Shown one piece after another: positions 57,596 through 64,000 of a stretch of 64,000 nucleotides of DNA. Origin of the DNA: a virus; IMG/VR virus record IMGVR_UViG_3300003702_000965, positions 19,951 through 83,950 of that record. The stretch is one strand, 5' to 3'. Below the pieces are notes generated by a model. The model did no database searches. It saw nothing but the letters and a program-made list of their open reading frames with translations, and was not told the DNA's origin. Position 1 is the first letter of the stretch, and each line of letters begins with the position of its first letter. Position numbers and translations under genes: made by a program.

Positions 57596-57629
57596 GGCGT
57601 GGCACAATTAAGTTCCATGCCTTTTTTTT
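57596..57629 (+). terminator. Intrinsic terminator after the Hsp20 remnant
   Basis: GGCGTGG/CCATGCC stem plus T8. Confidence 0.75.
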
Positions 57630-57665
57630 CGTCTTTAGTCTTGTGACGGTGTAAACTATTTTGAG

Positions 57666-57998
57666 ATGGAGCAAGAAGCGATTCAACAGGCAGCTCAAGG
57701 GTGGATTGGGGAATATGGTTGGCTTTTTATAGCGGGCGCGGTGACTATAATTTTCAAGGATATTATTTCCCAGTTTGCTGCTGGATTAACCATATGGTTT
57801 AGCAAAGACTACACTCCAGATGATATAGTTTTAATTGGCGGAAGAAAGGCTCGAATAGTTAGAGTAGGTATGAAGAATACCACTTTTTATTTTCCAGACG
57901 CGAACACAAAAAAGACCGTGGCAAATTCAGCCTTTGTCGGTCTAGATATAGAAAGGAAGATAAAAGATTGGGATGACAATCCAAAGCAAGGAAAGTAA
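57666..57998 (+). CDS. Minimal MscS-like membrane protein
   Basis: TM helix, 'FKDIISQFAAGLTI...Y.PDDIVLIGG..ARIVRVG...T'; GTGTAA 11 nt upstream. Confidence 0.65.
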   Translation: MEQEAIQQAAQGWIGEYGWLFIAGAVTIIFKDIISQFAAGLTIWFSKDYTPDDIVLIGGRKARIVRVGMKNTTFYFPDANTKKTVANSAFVGLDIERKIKDWDDNPKQGK

Positions 57999-58176
57999 CA
58001 AAATTATAGATCGAGCTTCATCTCTTTTAGAACAGATTATCGAGAAGGCTCATATCGAAGATTCACAACACAAAGCAAAGATGATCAAGGCACACAAAGG
58101 ATCTCAAGCTGTAGGGGAAAGTTGGATGTGTTTTCATTTGAAGATTTTAAAGCAAATTTTAAAAGGAGAAAATTAA
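57973..58176 (+). CDS. Hypothetical protein
   Basis: Overlapping gene chain. Confidence 0.6.
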   Translation: MTIQSKESNKIIDRASSLLEQIIEKAHIEDSQHKAKMIKAHKGSQAVGESWMCFHLKILKQILKGEN

Positions 58177-58177
58177 T

Positions 58178-58327
58178 ATGTGGATAGCGTTAATATTAAG
58201 CGTCTGTCTTAACTGCACTTTAGGCTACTGGGTCTTCAGTTTGAAGCGGCCAGCTTTCGCCAAGGCCGCTATGGAGATCAGAGAGGCCGCGGAAGCAGTT
58301 AAAGACATTGCTGATGAAAAGAGGTAA
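58178..58327 (+). CDS. Small membrane-anchored protein (49 aa), not in the ORF track
   Basis: AAGGAG upstream; MWIALILSVCLNCTLGYWVFSLKRP...; fills the gap between neighbours. Confidence 0.6.
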   Translation: MWIALILSVCLNCTLGYWVFSLKRPAFAKAAMEIREAAEAVKDIADEKR

Positions 58328-58658
58328 AAAGGATAGCTTTCATGCGATTCGAGGAGAGCAAATAGATCGAGCTGTTTCGTTATCAGAAAGCGTATCTCTC
58401 TGTCAATCTTCCATCTCTTGGCTCGAAGATCAAATAGATAGGATCTTTGAAGAGTTAGACGATCTCGGGGCTCTGGAAAGAGAGGCTCTAGGATTCCTAG
58501 AAAGAGAAGCTAGAGTGGACCAACTTAGCTACCAAATGAGAGTATTTCTAAGGAAAAACCAAATAGAACAAAAAATACTTGACAAGCTTGAAAGGCAGAT
58601 GTATTCTCTCCATCAGGAAATCGAAGGTCTGAATAGTGCCGAAGAAGAAGGAAAATGA
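58314..58658 (+). CDS. Hypothetical coiled-coil protein
   Basis: ATG 58314 is in frame with the listed ORF. Confidence 0.6.
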   Translation: MKRGKKDSFHAIRGEQIDRAVSLSESVSLCQSSISWLEDQIDRIFEELDDLGALEREALGFLEREARVDQLSYQMRVFLRKNQIEQKILDKLERQMYSLHQEIEGLNSAEEEGK

Positions 58659-58803
58659 TAAGTTTTACGTCGTAGTTTCTAGAGGTAAAAACTACAGGCA
58701 TGGTGCTTTTCCGCACTCCGATAAGGGGCTCGAAGACGCCAAGAAGTACGCCCGAAAAATTTCCAAGTCCTCAAAGGAAAAACTTGAAATAATAGTATCA
58801 TGA
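58636..58803 (+). CDS. Small basic protein (55 aa), not in the ORF track
   Basis: GTG start, MPKKKENDKFYVVVSRGKNYRHGAFP...; ends in ATGA overlap with next gene. Confidence 0.6.
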   Translation: MPKKKENDKFYVVVSRGKNYRHGAFPHSDKGLEDAKKYARKISKSSKEKLEIIVS

Positions 58804-58997
58804 GTAACATCTCAGAGTTTGAACGAAACAAGCCCAGAAAAACCTACCTAGAGATAAAAAAAGTTATTGAAAAATATAAGAAAATAGTCAAAGAAACTGA
58901 AATAATGGACGACGAAGATTGCGTTAGGGTAGAAGCAGCTAATGATTTCGTCCGAGACTTGGAGAAAATAATGAAAGTTTTTAAATCTGGAGAGTGA
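58800..58997 (+). CDS. Hypothetical protein
   Basis: Coupled on both sides. Confidence 0.65.
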   Translation: MSNISEFERNKPRKTYLEIKKVIEKYKKIVKETEIMDDEDCVRVEAANDFVRDLEKIMKVFKSGE

Positions 58998-59272
58998 TGG
59001 CTAAAATTACTCTAGTAACCTGTCTCTGCACCATACAGGTTACCAGCGCAAATGAATACGAAGCTCTGAATGAAGTAGAGAAAATGGTGAAAAGGGAATA
59101 TCCCCTGCCAAATAGCGTCACATTAATAGTAGATGAAATAATACACACGACCACAAACTGTTGTGGCGTAGAATACAAAAAAGAAAAAGATGGGAATGTT
59201 CGACGAGATAATTGTTCCGAAGTCATATCTAAGGAATTTGTTGGCGAAGGGAAACGAGAAGCTGTTGCATAA
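58994..59272 (+). CDS. Hypothetical protein
   Basis: Coupled start, but 83-nt overlap with the next gene. Confidence 0.45.
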   Translation: MMAKITLVTCLCTIQVTSANEYEALNEVEKMVKREYPLPNSVTLIVDEIIHTTTNCCGVEYKKEKDGNVRRDNCSEVISKEFVGEGKREAVA

Positions 59273-59792
59273 AAAGCATGTCTTTCAAACGAAAGACTTT
59301 GATAATGTTTTAGGTGTTTATAAAATTCATCGACAGCAGCTTTATAAACGTGACGGCTCAGGATTTGAGCTAATAGAAGCTGAACATACCACTTTAACGG
59401 ACAAGTGGGACAAAGTTTACGATAGTAAAGCTGTAATCTTTTATGACCAAATTGAAGATGACGAAGGGAACGAATGGGAGTTTAATTTTGAGTTCACCTT
59501 TAGCTATGGCAAGTTGGACAAAAAGAAACTTATTTCGTGCAAGATAGTAGTCACGAAAAAAGAAAGAGACGAGATAGATAAGATGTGGGACACGGAGCAA
59601 GAAATATTTAATGAATACAGAAAATGTTTCAAATATTGTTTCTTCGCCAAGCTTGAAAAAACTTTTCTAAAATTGACAAATTGGGCAAGAAAAAAACACC
59701 AATTACCTCTTCAACTTCGCAGAGGAGCCTACGAAAAATCCGGCAGACTAAATAAAGATCCGAAAGCTTTAGATCTTTATATGGACATTTGA
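59190..59792 (+). CDS. Phage hypothetical protein (MGMFD...FQTK type)
   Basis: 'MGMFDEI', 'FQTKDFD', 'F..GKL'. Confidence 0.7.
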   Translation: MGMFDEIIVPKSYLRNLLAKGNEKLLHKKHVFQTKDFDNVLGVYKIHRQQLYKRDGSGFELIEAEHTTLTDKWDKVYDSKAVIFYDQIEDDEGNEWEFNFEFTFSYGKLDKKKLISCKIVVTKKERDEIDKMWDTEQEIFNEYRKCFKYCFFAKLEKTFLKLTNWARKKHQLPLQLRRGAYEKSGRLNKDPKALDLYMDI

Positions 59793-59801
59793 CCAAACCC
59801 C

Positions 59802-60065
59802 GTGAAGGACAATAACAATTCAAGTTCTCCTTCCTCGAAGGATAATCAGTGGATAAAGGTTAATAAAGATAATCTTATGGAGTTCATTAACTTCGCTAAT
59901 GAATGTTGTGCGATAATGGACGATGAATATGTCGCAGAATGGCTTACCACAAAAAACTCTAATTTAAACATGGAAACCCCTATTGATGTTTTCCATAGAG
60001 ATGGAATGGAACAATTGTATAGATTGTTGTTTTTCATAGAGAGAGACGAGGCGGACTTGGTATAA
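59802..60065 (+). CDS. Xre/MbcA/ParS antitoxin C-terminal-domain-like protein
   Basis: 'VAEWLTTKNSNLNMETPID....G...L..LL'. Confidence 0.55.
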   Translation: MKDNNNSSSPSSKDNQWIKVNKDNLMEFINFANECCAIMDDEYVAEWLTTKNSNLNMETPIDVFHRDGMEQLYRLLFFIERDEADLV

Positions 60066-60072
60066 TCCCTAT

Positions 60073-60312
60073 ATGGACGGAAGATTTGACTTTAAAGTCG
60101 TTAACTGTAAAGAGAATCCAGATGGATCTGCCTCTTTCGAATTCGAGTATAGCAATGAGTTTGCTAAATTTTACGAAGAGACAACGGGCAAGGAAGTGGA
60201 CGAAGAGGGCTTCCAAGAGTTTATGACTAAGGCTCTCGAACAACTGCAAAAGGATAAATCGAATATAATTCCGATGAAAAAAGTGTTTGACTCCCCCGAA
60301 AGTAAATCTTAA
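60073..60312 (+). CDS. Hypothetical protein
   Basis: 79 aa. Confidence 0.65.
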   Translation: MDGRFDFKVVNCKENPDGSASFEFEYSNEFAKFYEETTGKEVDEEGFQEFMTKALEQLQKDKSNIIPMKKVFDSPESKS

Positions 60313-60315
60313 CCT
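60287..60315 (+). promoter_or_regulatory. Sigma70-like promoter
   Basis: TTGACT-N17-TAACCT, spacer contains GAAAGTAA. Confidence 0.65.
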
Positions 60316-60329
60316 TTCGCTTTGAGGCT

Positions 60330-60737
60330 ATGAATTGGGCCAATAGACATAAAGAGAAGTGGAACACTGGAGCCACCAAAGAACGAAACGAAAGAAGTAA
60401 AAAATTGATCACCTTAAGAAACGTTGGCTTTAAAGGCCGATACGGTGATCCTATGACAAATAGGATGGATAGGTTGATTTACTTATGTAAGGGAGAAAAA
60501 AAGTGGCTCCATAAATACAGAATAAGAAGCGATAGCAGGGTTTCCTCGGTAGCTATAAAACTCGAAAAGGAGTCTACGCTTGTTAAATATAATAAAAATT
60601 GGATGGCTTCCTTCATGCAGAATGATGGGACTTTCAACCCAGCTTTAGCCATCGATGAAGTCGTAAAGGTCATTGACTTGGCCGAAATAGACTTCCGTAA
60701 TAAAAGGAGAAGAAAATGCAAAGTAAGTCAGGATTAG
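60330..60737 (+). CDS. Hypothetical basic protein
   Basis: 135 aa downstream of a promoter. Confidence 0.6.
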   Translation: MNWANRHKEKWNTGATKERNERSKKLITLRNVGFKGRYGDPMTNRMDRLIYLCKGEKKWLHKYRIRSDSRVSSVAIKLEKESTLVKYNKNWMASFMQNDGTFNPALAIDEVVKVIDLAEIDFRNKRRRKCKVSQD

Positions 60738-61258
60738 ATTGTCTCACGCCAGTAGGGAAAAAGTTCATCGAAAAGCAAAAAGAAACTGGCTTTATAATAG
60801 AGAATCTTCTTAATGTAAACGTTATACACACCGAGGACGATGCAGAAGAGTTTGATTGTTTTCTTTATGATTGGGGCAGTTCTTCTCACGACTCTGAACT
60901 AATGGGCGTTGGCGAAATAAAGGTGCGCCTCGAATTCAGCAGAGATCGAAAAGAAATTTGCACATTAAAGAAGCTGAAAAAATGGGGAACTTACTTAATA
61001 TCGGCAACTAAGCCTGACACTTTACAGAAACAAAGCCTAATACATAAAGTGCCTTCTTATCTCTTCGTCAACCTTCCCAACGATAGAAAGCTTTTAGTGT
61101 TTAAAATGACAGATAAAAATGGAATTTTCTTTTTTAAATTCGAAAAGGAATGGCGAAGGACTAGGTTCAGCAGTAACGACTATAAAGGCGACAAGTTCGA
61201 ACTGTGCGCCATGCTACCAATAGTAGGAAACAAACATTTTAAAAGCTTCGATTATTAA
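60716..61258 (+). CDS. Possible PD-(D/E)XK nuclease-fold protein
   Basis: 'FDCFLY...GEIKVR'. Confidence 0.5.
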   Translation: MQSKSGLDCLTPVGKKFIEKQKETGFIIENLLNVNVIHTEDDAEEFDCFLYDWGSSSHDSELMGVGEIKVRLEFSRDRKEICTLKKLKKWGTYLISATKPDTLQKQSLIHKVPSYLFVNLPNDRKLLVFKMTDKNGIFFFKFEKEWRRTRFSSNDYKGDKFELCAMLPIVGNKHFKSFDY

Positions 61259-61265
61259 TTTTATT

Positions 61266-61517
61266 ATGGAAAACATAACTCCAGTTCAGTTGTCGCTGGC
61301 GATTGGTTCGCTAGTGTGTCTTATTTTAGTTGTCAAAGATATGTTTGCCGAGGGCAAAACAGGGCTAGGCATAGCATGTATAGTTCTGACTTTTGTTTGC
61401 GGTATTGGAAGCCTTATTGCTTTTGTTTGGGGCTGGATGAATACGGGGGGTAAAGTTATGATTATTTGGACTGCACTTTGGATAGCTGGCCTTGTAGCGT
61501 CAGTAGTTGGTTTATGA
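61266..61517 (+). CDS. Small membrane protein (about three TM helices)
   Basis: Hydrophobic throughout; 'IAFVWGWM'. Confidence 0.7.
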   Translation: MENITPVQLSLAIGSLVCLILVVKDMFAEGKTGLGIACIVLTFVCGIGSLIAFVWGWMNTGGKVMIIWTALWIAGLVASVVGL

Positions 61518-61524
61518 ACAGTTT

Positions 61525-61601
61525 GCCCCGATAGCTCAATTGGATAGAGCATCTGCCTTCTAAGCAGGGGGTTACAGGTTCGATCCCTGTTCGGGGTACC
61601 A
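61525..61601 (+). tRNA. tRNA-Arg(UCU) with encoded CCA
   Basis: Acceptor GCCCCGA/TCGGGGT, D-arm GCTC/GAGC, anticodon loop CTTCTAA, T-loop GGTTCGATCC, 3' ACCA. Confidence 0.95.
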
Positions 61602-61625
61602 ATTTTTTTAGTTACGAACAGAAAA

Positions 61626-62423
61626 ATGAAATATATTAATAAACTTTTATTGTTGTCGGCGATAGCACTGCCACCGATTTTTCCACACGCAGAAACGATG
61701 ACGCCGTCATCAATGATCGAAAAATATGAGGGCTTGCTCATGCAAATGTCCAAGGCGACGCCTGACATATATTATCTTCTTTTACGAGGGGAAACATATG
61801 AGGAGAAAATCGAAGATAGAGAGAAGCTAAATGATAAAGATTTTACTTTGGCTATACAAGAGACGGAAGGTAGACGGATTTACGAACTAAGAGCAAGGAA
61901 TGGGGCTCTTTCCCACATGGCGATAGACAGCCTCAATGGCCAGATAGAATTAAGGAAATTAAACCTAGCCGGAAATAGAACAATCGACGACGAAGCATGC
62001 AAAAAAATCGCCGCGTATCTTCCTCGATTACAATCCTTGAATTTGTATGGGACTAGCGTTTCGGATAAGGGATTGATCTATCTCCTTGATTTGCGAGAAC
62101 TTAGGTCGCTACATGTTTTCGACACCAAGGTGACTTGGAACGGCGCAAATGAGTTTAGAGCGAAGATGGAATCAATTTCGGGTAACGATGATTTAGAAAT
62201 CACGGTAGGCCACGGAACCCCACCTCTTGGCAGCATTAAACACGGAGCGTTTTTAAGGGCAACCTATCAAAAGAACGTCGAACTAGGGAGATTAGATCCT
62301 AATTACATTGACAAGTACCCCTTGGCCAAAGCGGAGACCAGTGACGAGAAAAAATATGAGGAAGATTTGAAAAATGAAGCTGTAGAACCTATATTTAAGG
62401 AAGAAGATAATGAAGTCCCCTAA
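61626..62423 (+). CDS. Secreted leucine-rich-repeat protein
   Basis: Signal peptide; 'LRKLNLAGN..IDD', 'LQSLNLYGTSVSDKGL', 'LRSLHVFDTKVT..G'. Confidence 0.8.
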   Translation: MKYINKLLLLSAIALPPIFPHAETMTPSSMIEKYEGLLMQMSKATPDIYYLLLRGETYEEKIEDREKLNDKDFTLAIQETEGRRIYELRARNGALSHMAIDSLNGQIELRKLNLAGNRTIDDEACKKIAAYLPRLQSLNLYGTSVSDKGLIYLLDLRELRSLHVFDTKVTWNGANEFRAKMESISGNDDLEITVGHGTPPLGSIKHGAFLRATYQKNVELGRLDPNYIDKYPLAKAETSDEKKYEEDLKNEAVEPIFKEEDNEVP

Positions 62424-62607
62424 AAAAGAGCTTCCCCTTGACGACCTCTTTCTGCAAATAACCAAATGGAGGGTAGAAGCAGCGAGCTCTCATAATGACG
62501 GGTGGACTCGGCAACACTACCAAAGAATGCTGGACGAAGTTAAACGGGACTTAAACAAATCCTTACGAGAGATAGAAGAGGCGGAAATGTTGGATAATTA
62601 TGACTAA
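62410..62607 (+). CDS. Hypothetical protein
   Basis: Overlapping gene chain. Confidence 0.65.
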   Translation: MKSPKKELPLDDLFLQITKWRVEAASSHNDGWTRQHYQRMLDEVKRDLNKSLREIEEAEMLDNYD

Positions 62608-62671
62608 AAGAAAAAATTACGACATTCTTCCCGAGCCCGTCGAAGAAGATTATATTGTTTGGTTTTGGTGA
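62600..62671 (+). CDS. Possible 23-aa peptide coupling into the GT25 gene
   Basis: MTKRKNYDILPEPVEEDYIVWFW*; stop overlaps the next ATG (TGATG). Confidence 0.4.
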   Translation: MTKRKNYDILPEPVEEDYIVWFW

Positions 62672-63390
62672 TGGAAGTGTTGAACTTCAGGACCTTGCTG
62701 GGAAAACCTAGTGAAACAGTTGTAATATCTCTAAAAGAAAGATCCGACAGGAGGGAAATCTTCGATTCCAAATGGAAGAATTTATGTAAATATAGGTATT
62801 ATTTAGCCGAAAGAATGACAAAGGAGAAGGCTGGAGCCTTTCTCAAAAACTTCAACGGACACGATTTTCCGGATAATGTAGATGAAGGGACACCCTCTAG
62901 ATGGGGGTGTTTTTTGTCTCATTTTGATTGTATTGTTTCGGCTAAATCTAGAAATCTTGATTCCATTCTCATATTAGAGGACGATGCAGCGCCTAATTTA
63001 GATCTTCTTGAAGAGGAGTTTGTTTTGCCTCCCGATTGGGATGTAATTTATTTGGGGGCAGATGGGCCAGACGTACTTTGTGAATTTTCCACAAAAAATA
63101 TAAGATCAGACTTAACTTGGATAGATGACGATGTTAGATTTAACTTCTCCGGTTGGAAGAAAATTAAAACTTGGGGAACTTGGGCGATGCTCATAAGAAA
63201 CACCGTCTATGATAGCTTAATATCTGAGCTGCATTCATTTACGTTTTGTAAGGAGGACATAGACTCTTTAAGATTAGACGGAGTTTATTATCATTATCTC
63301 TGGAAAAAGTTCAGTTTCTACTACAAAGATGATTTTGTTTTGCATGATTACGACGCCAAATCTGACATAAAACATGTTGGAAATAACTAG
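62671..63390 (+). CDS. Glycosyltransferase family 25
   Basis: 'VISLKERSDRR', 'GCFLSH', 'ILILEDDA', 'DWDVIYLG'. Confidence 0.85.
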   Translation: MEVLNFRTLLGKPSETVVISLKERSDRREIFDSKWKNLCKYRYYLAERMTKEKAGAFLKNFNGHDFPDNVDEGTPSRWGCFLSHFDCIVSAKSRNLDSILILEDDAAPNLDLLEEEFVLPPDWDVIYLGADGPDVLCEFSTKNIRSDLTWIDDDVRFNFSGWKKIKTWGTWAMLIRNTVYDSLISELHSFTFCKEDIDSLRLDGVYYHYLWKKFSFYYKDDFVLHDYDAKSDIKHVGNN

Positions 63391-63423
63391 TATATTAGTG
63401 TAAAGTTATTATGAGTAGTTTTT

Positions 63424-64000
63424 ATGTACATAAAGACCCTGACTGCGGCTTCGAGGAGGGCAACCAGAGGGTTCACGCTGATTGAACTTCTGGTTGTTAT
63501 AGCCATTATTGCGATCTTAGCGGCTCTTCTGCTTCCTGCACTGGGCTCCGCCAAACAAACGGGCTGGCAGGCTGCATGTATAAGCAACCAACGCCAACTT
63601 AACCTCGCTTACGCAGAATTCGCGGGAGATCACGAAAATAGGTTCCCTTATGCCTCAGCTTGGGCTGGTGAGCCTACTGGTATGTGGGCGTGGGTTGCGG
63701 ACAGTATGAGTGGTAACGGCCCGTGGGGCCAAACTGACAGACCTCTCTTCTTTTCTCCTTTAAAACCTTATGCGGGAATGGGCATATATCATTGTCCGGG
63801 GGATAGGTCAACGGTTACGGTTAATAATAAGATCATAAACAGGCCGCGTTCTTATAGTATAAATATTTTTGTCGGTGGTTGGTCGGGGTGGCCTTGGCTG
63901 TCAGATACGCAATACAAAATTCATCATACTTACGATGATGTATCTAACTCTAGTCAATTGTTTACTTTTATTGAAATGCCGCCTCAATCTATTAACGCTG
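63424..64000 (+). CDS. Prepilin-type N-terminal cleavage/methylation protein, PVC type (runs off the window end; not in the ORF track)
   Basis: [16 protein letters not shown]|[28 protein letters not shown]...CISNQRQL...IYHCPGD...RSYSIN; open to the end; GTGTAA at 63398. Confidence 0.92.
   Translation, partial: MYIKTLTAASRRATRGFTLIELLVVIAIIAILAALLLPALGSAKQTGWQAACISNQRQLNLAYAEFAGDHENRFPYASAWAGEPTGMWAWVADSMSGNGPWGQTDRPLFFSPLKPYAGMGIYHCPGDRSTVTVNNKIINRPRSYSINIFVGGWSGWPWLSDTQYKIHHTYDDVSNSSQLFTFIEMPPQSINA

Noticed and set aside
61286-61768. Minus-strand 160-aa ORF
   Set aside because: Spans the tRNA and two plus-strand genes
63387-63587. Minus-strand 66-aa ORF
   Set aside because: Antisense to the clear prepilin gene
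1-64000. Stop-codon reassignment
   Set aside because: Conserved genes are full length in the standard code, and TAA, TAG and TGA all end genes at coupled junctions

Overview
A gene-dense, AT-rich segment of a large dsDNA tailed-phage genome (standard genetic code; no integrase, rRNA or ribosomal-protein genes in the window). The host is probably a PVC bacterium, most likely Verrucomicrobiota. This is inferred from a prepilin-type gene (63424-end, absent from the ORF track) and a secreted leucine-rich-repeat gene. Layout: (1) 1-14350, large putative virion genes with phoH embedded; (2) 14351-21165, a minus-strand block with a class II ribonucleotide reductase, a tandem 2OG-Fe(II) dioxygenase whose C-terminal half resembles a PLOD-type lysyl hydroxylase, and dCMP deaminase; (3) 21181-21648, a promoter-driven, highly structured ~420-nt non-coding region ahead of a phage sigma factor; (4) 22588-33129, a glycan-synthesis cluster; (5) 33161-47619, a replication/recombination module (RecA, dUTPase, DnaB, primase, RecB-like nuclease, separate PHP/DnaQ/DnaE parts) interleaved with modifying enzymes; (6) 47782-64000, more glycosyltransferases, dNMP kinase, a G-X-K-G repeat protein, an Hsp20 remnant, tRNA-Arg(UCU), LRR, GT25 and prepilin genes. 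Best leads: a possible hydroxylysine-glycosylation system (lysyl hydroxylase + GT25 + Gly-X-Lys-Gly substrate), the structured RNA before the sigma factor, two promoter classes giving near-leaderless mRNAs (TTGAC-N17-TAnnnT with a fixed-position AAAG box, and a GTGTAA class), and three phased 29-bp palindromes. All product calls come from recognising motifs by eye; no database search or folding program was run.
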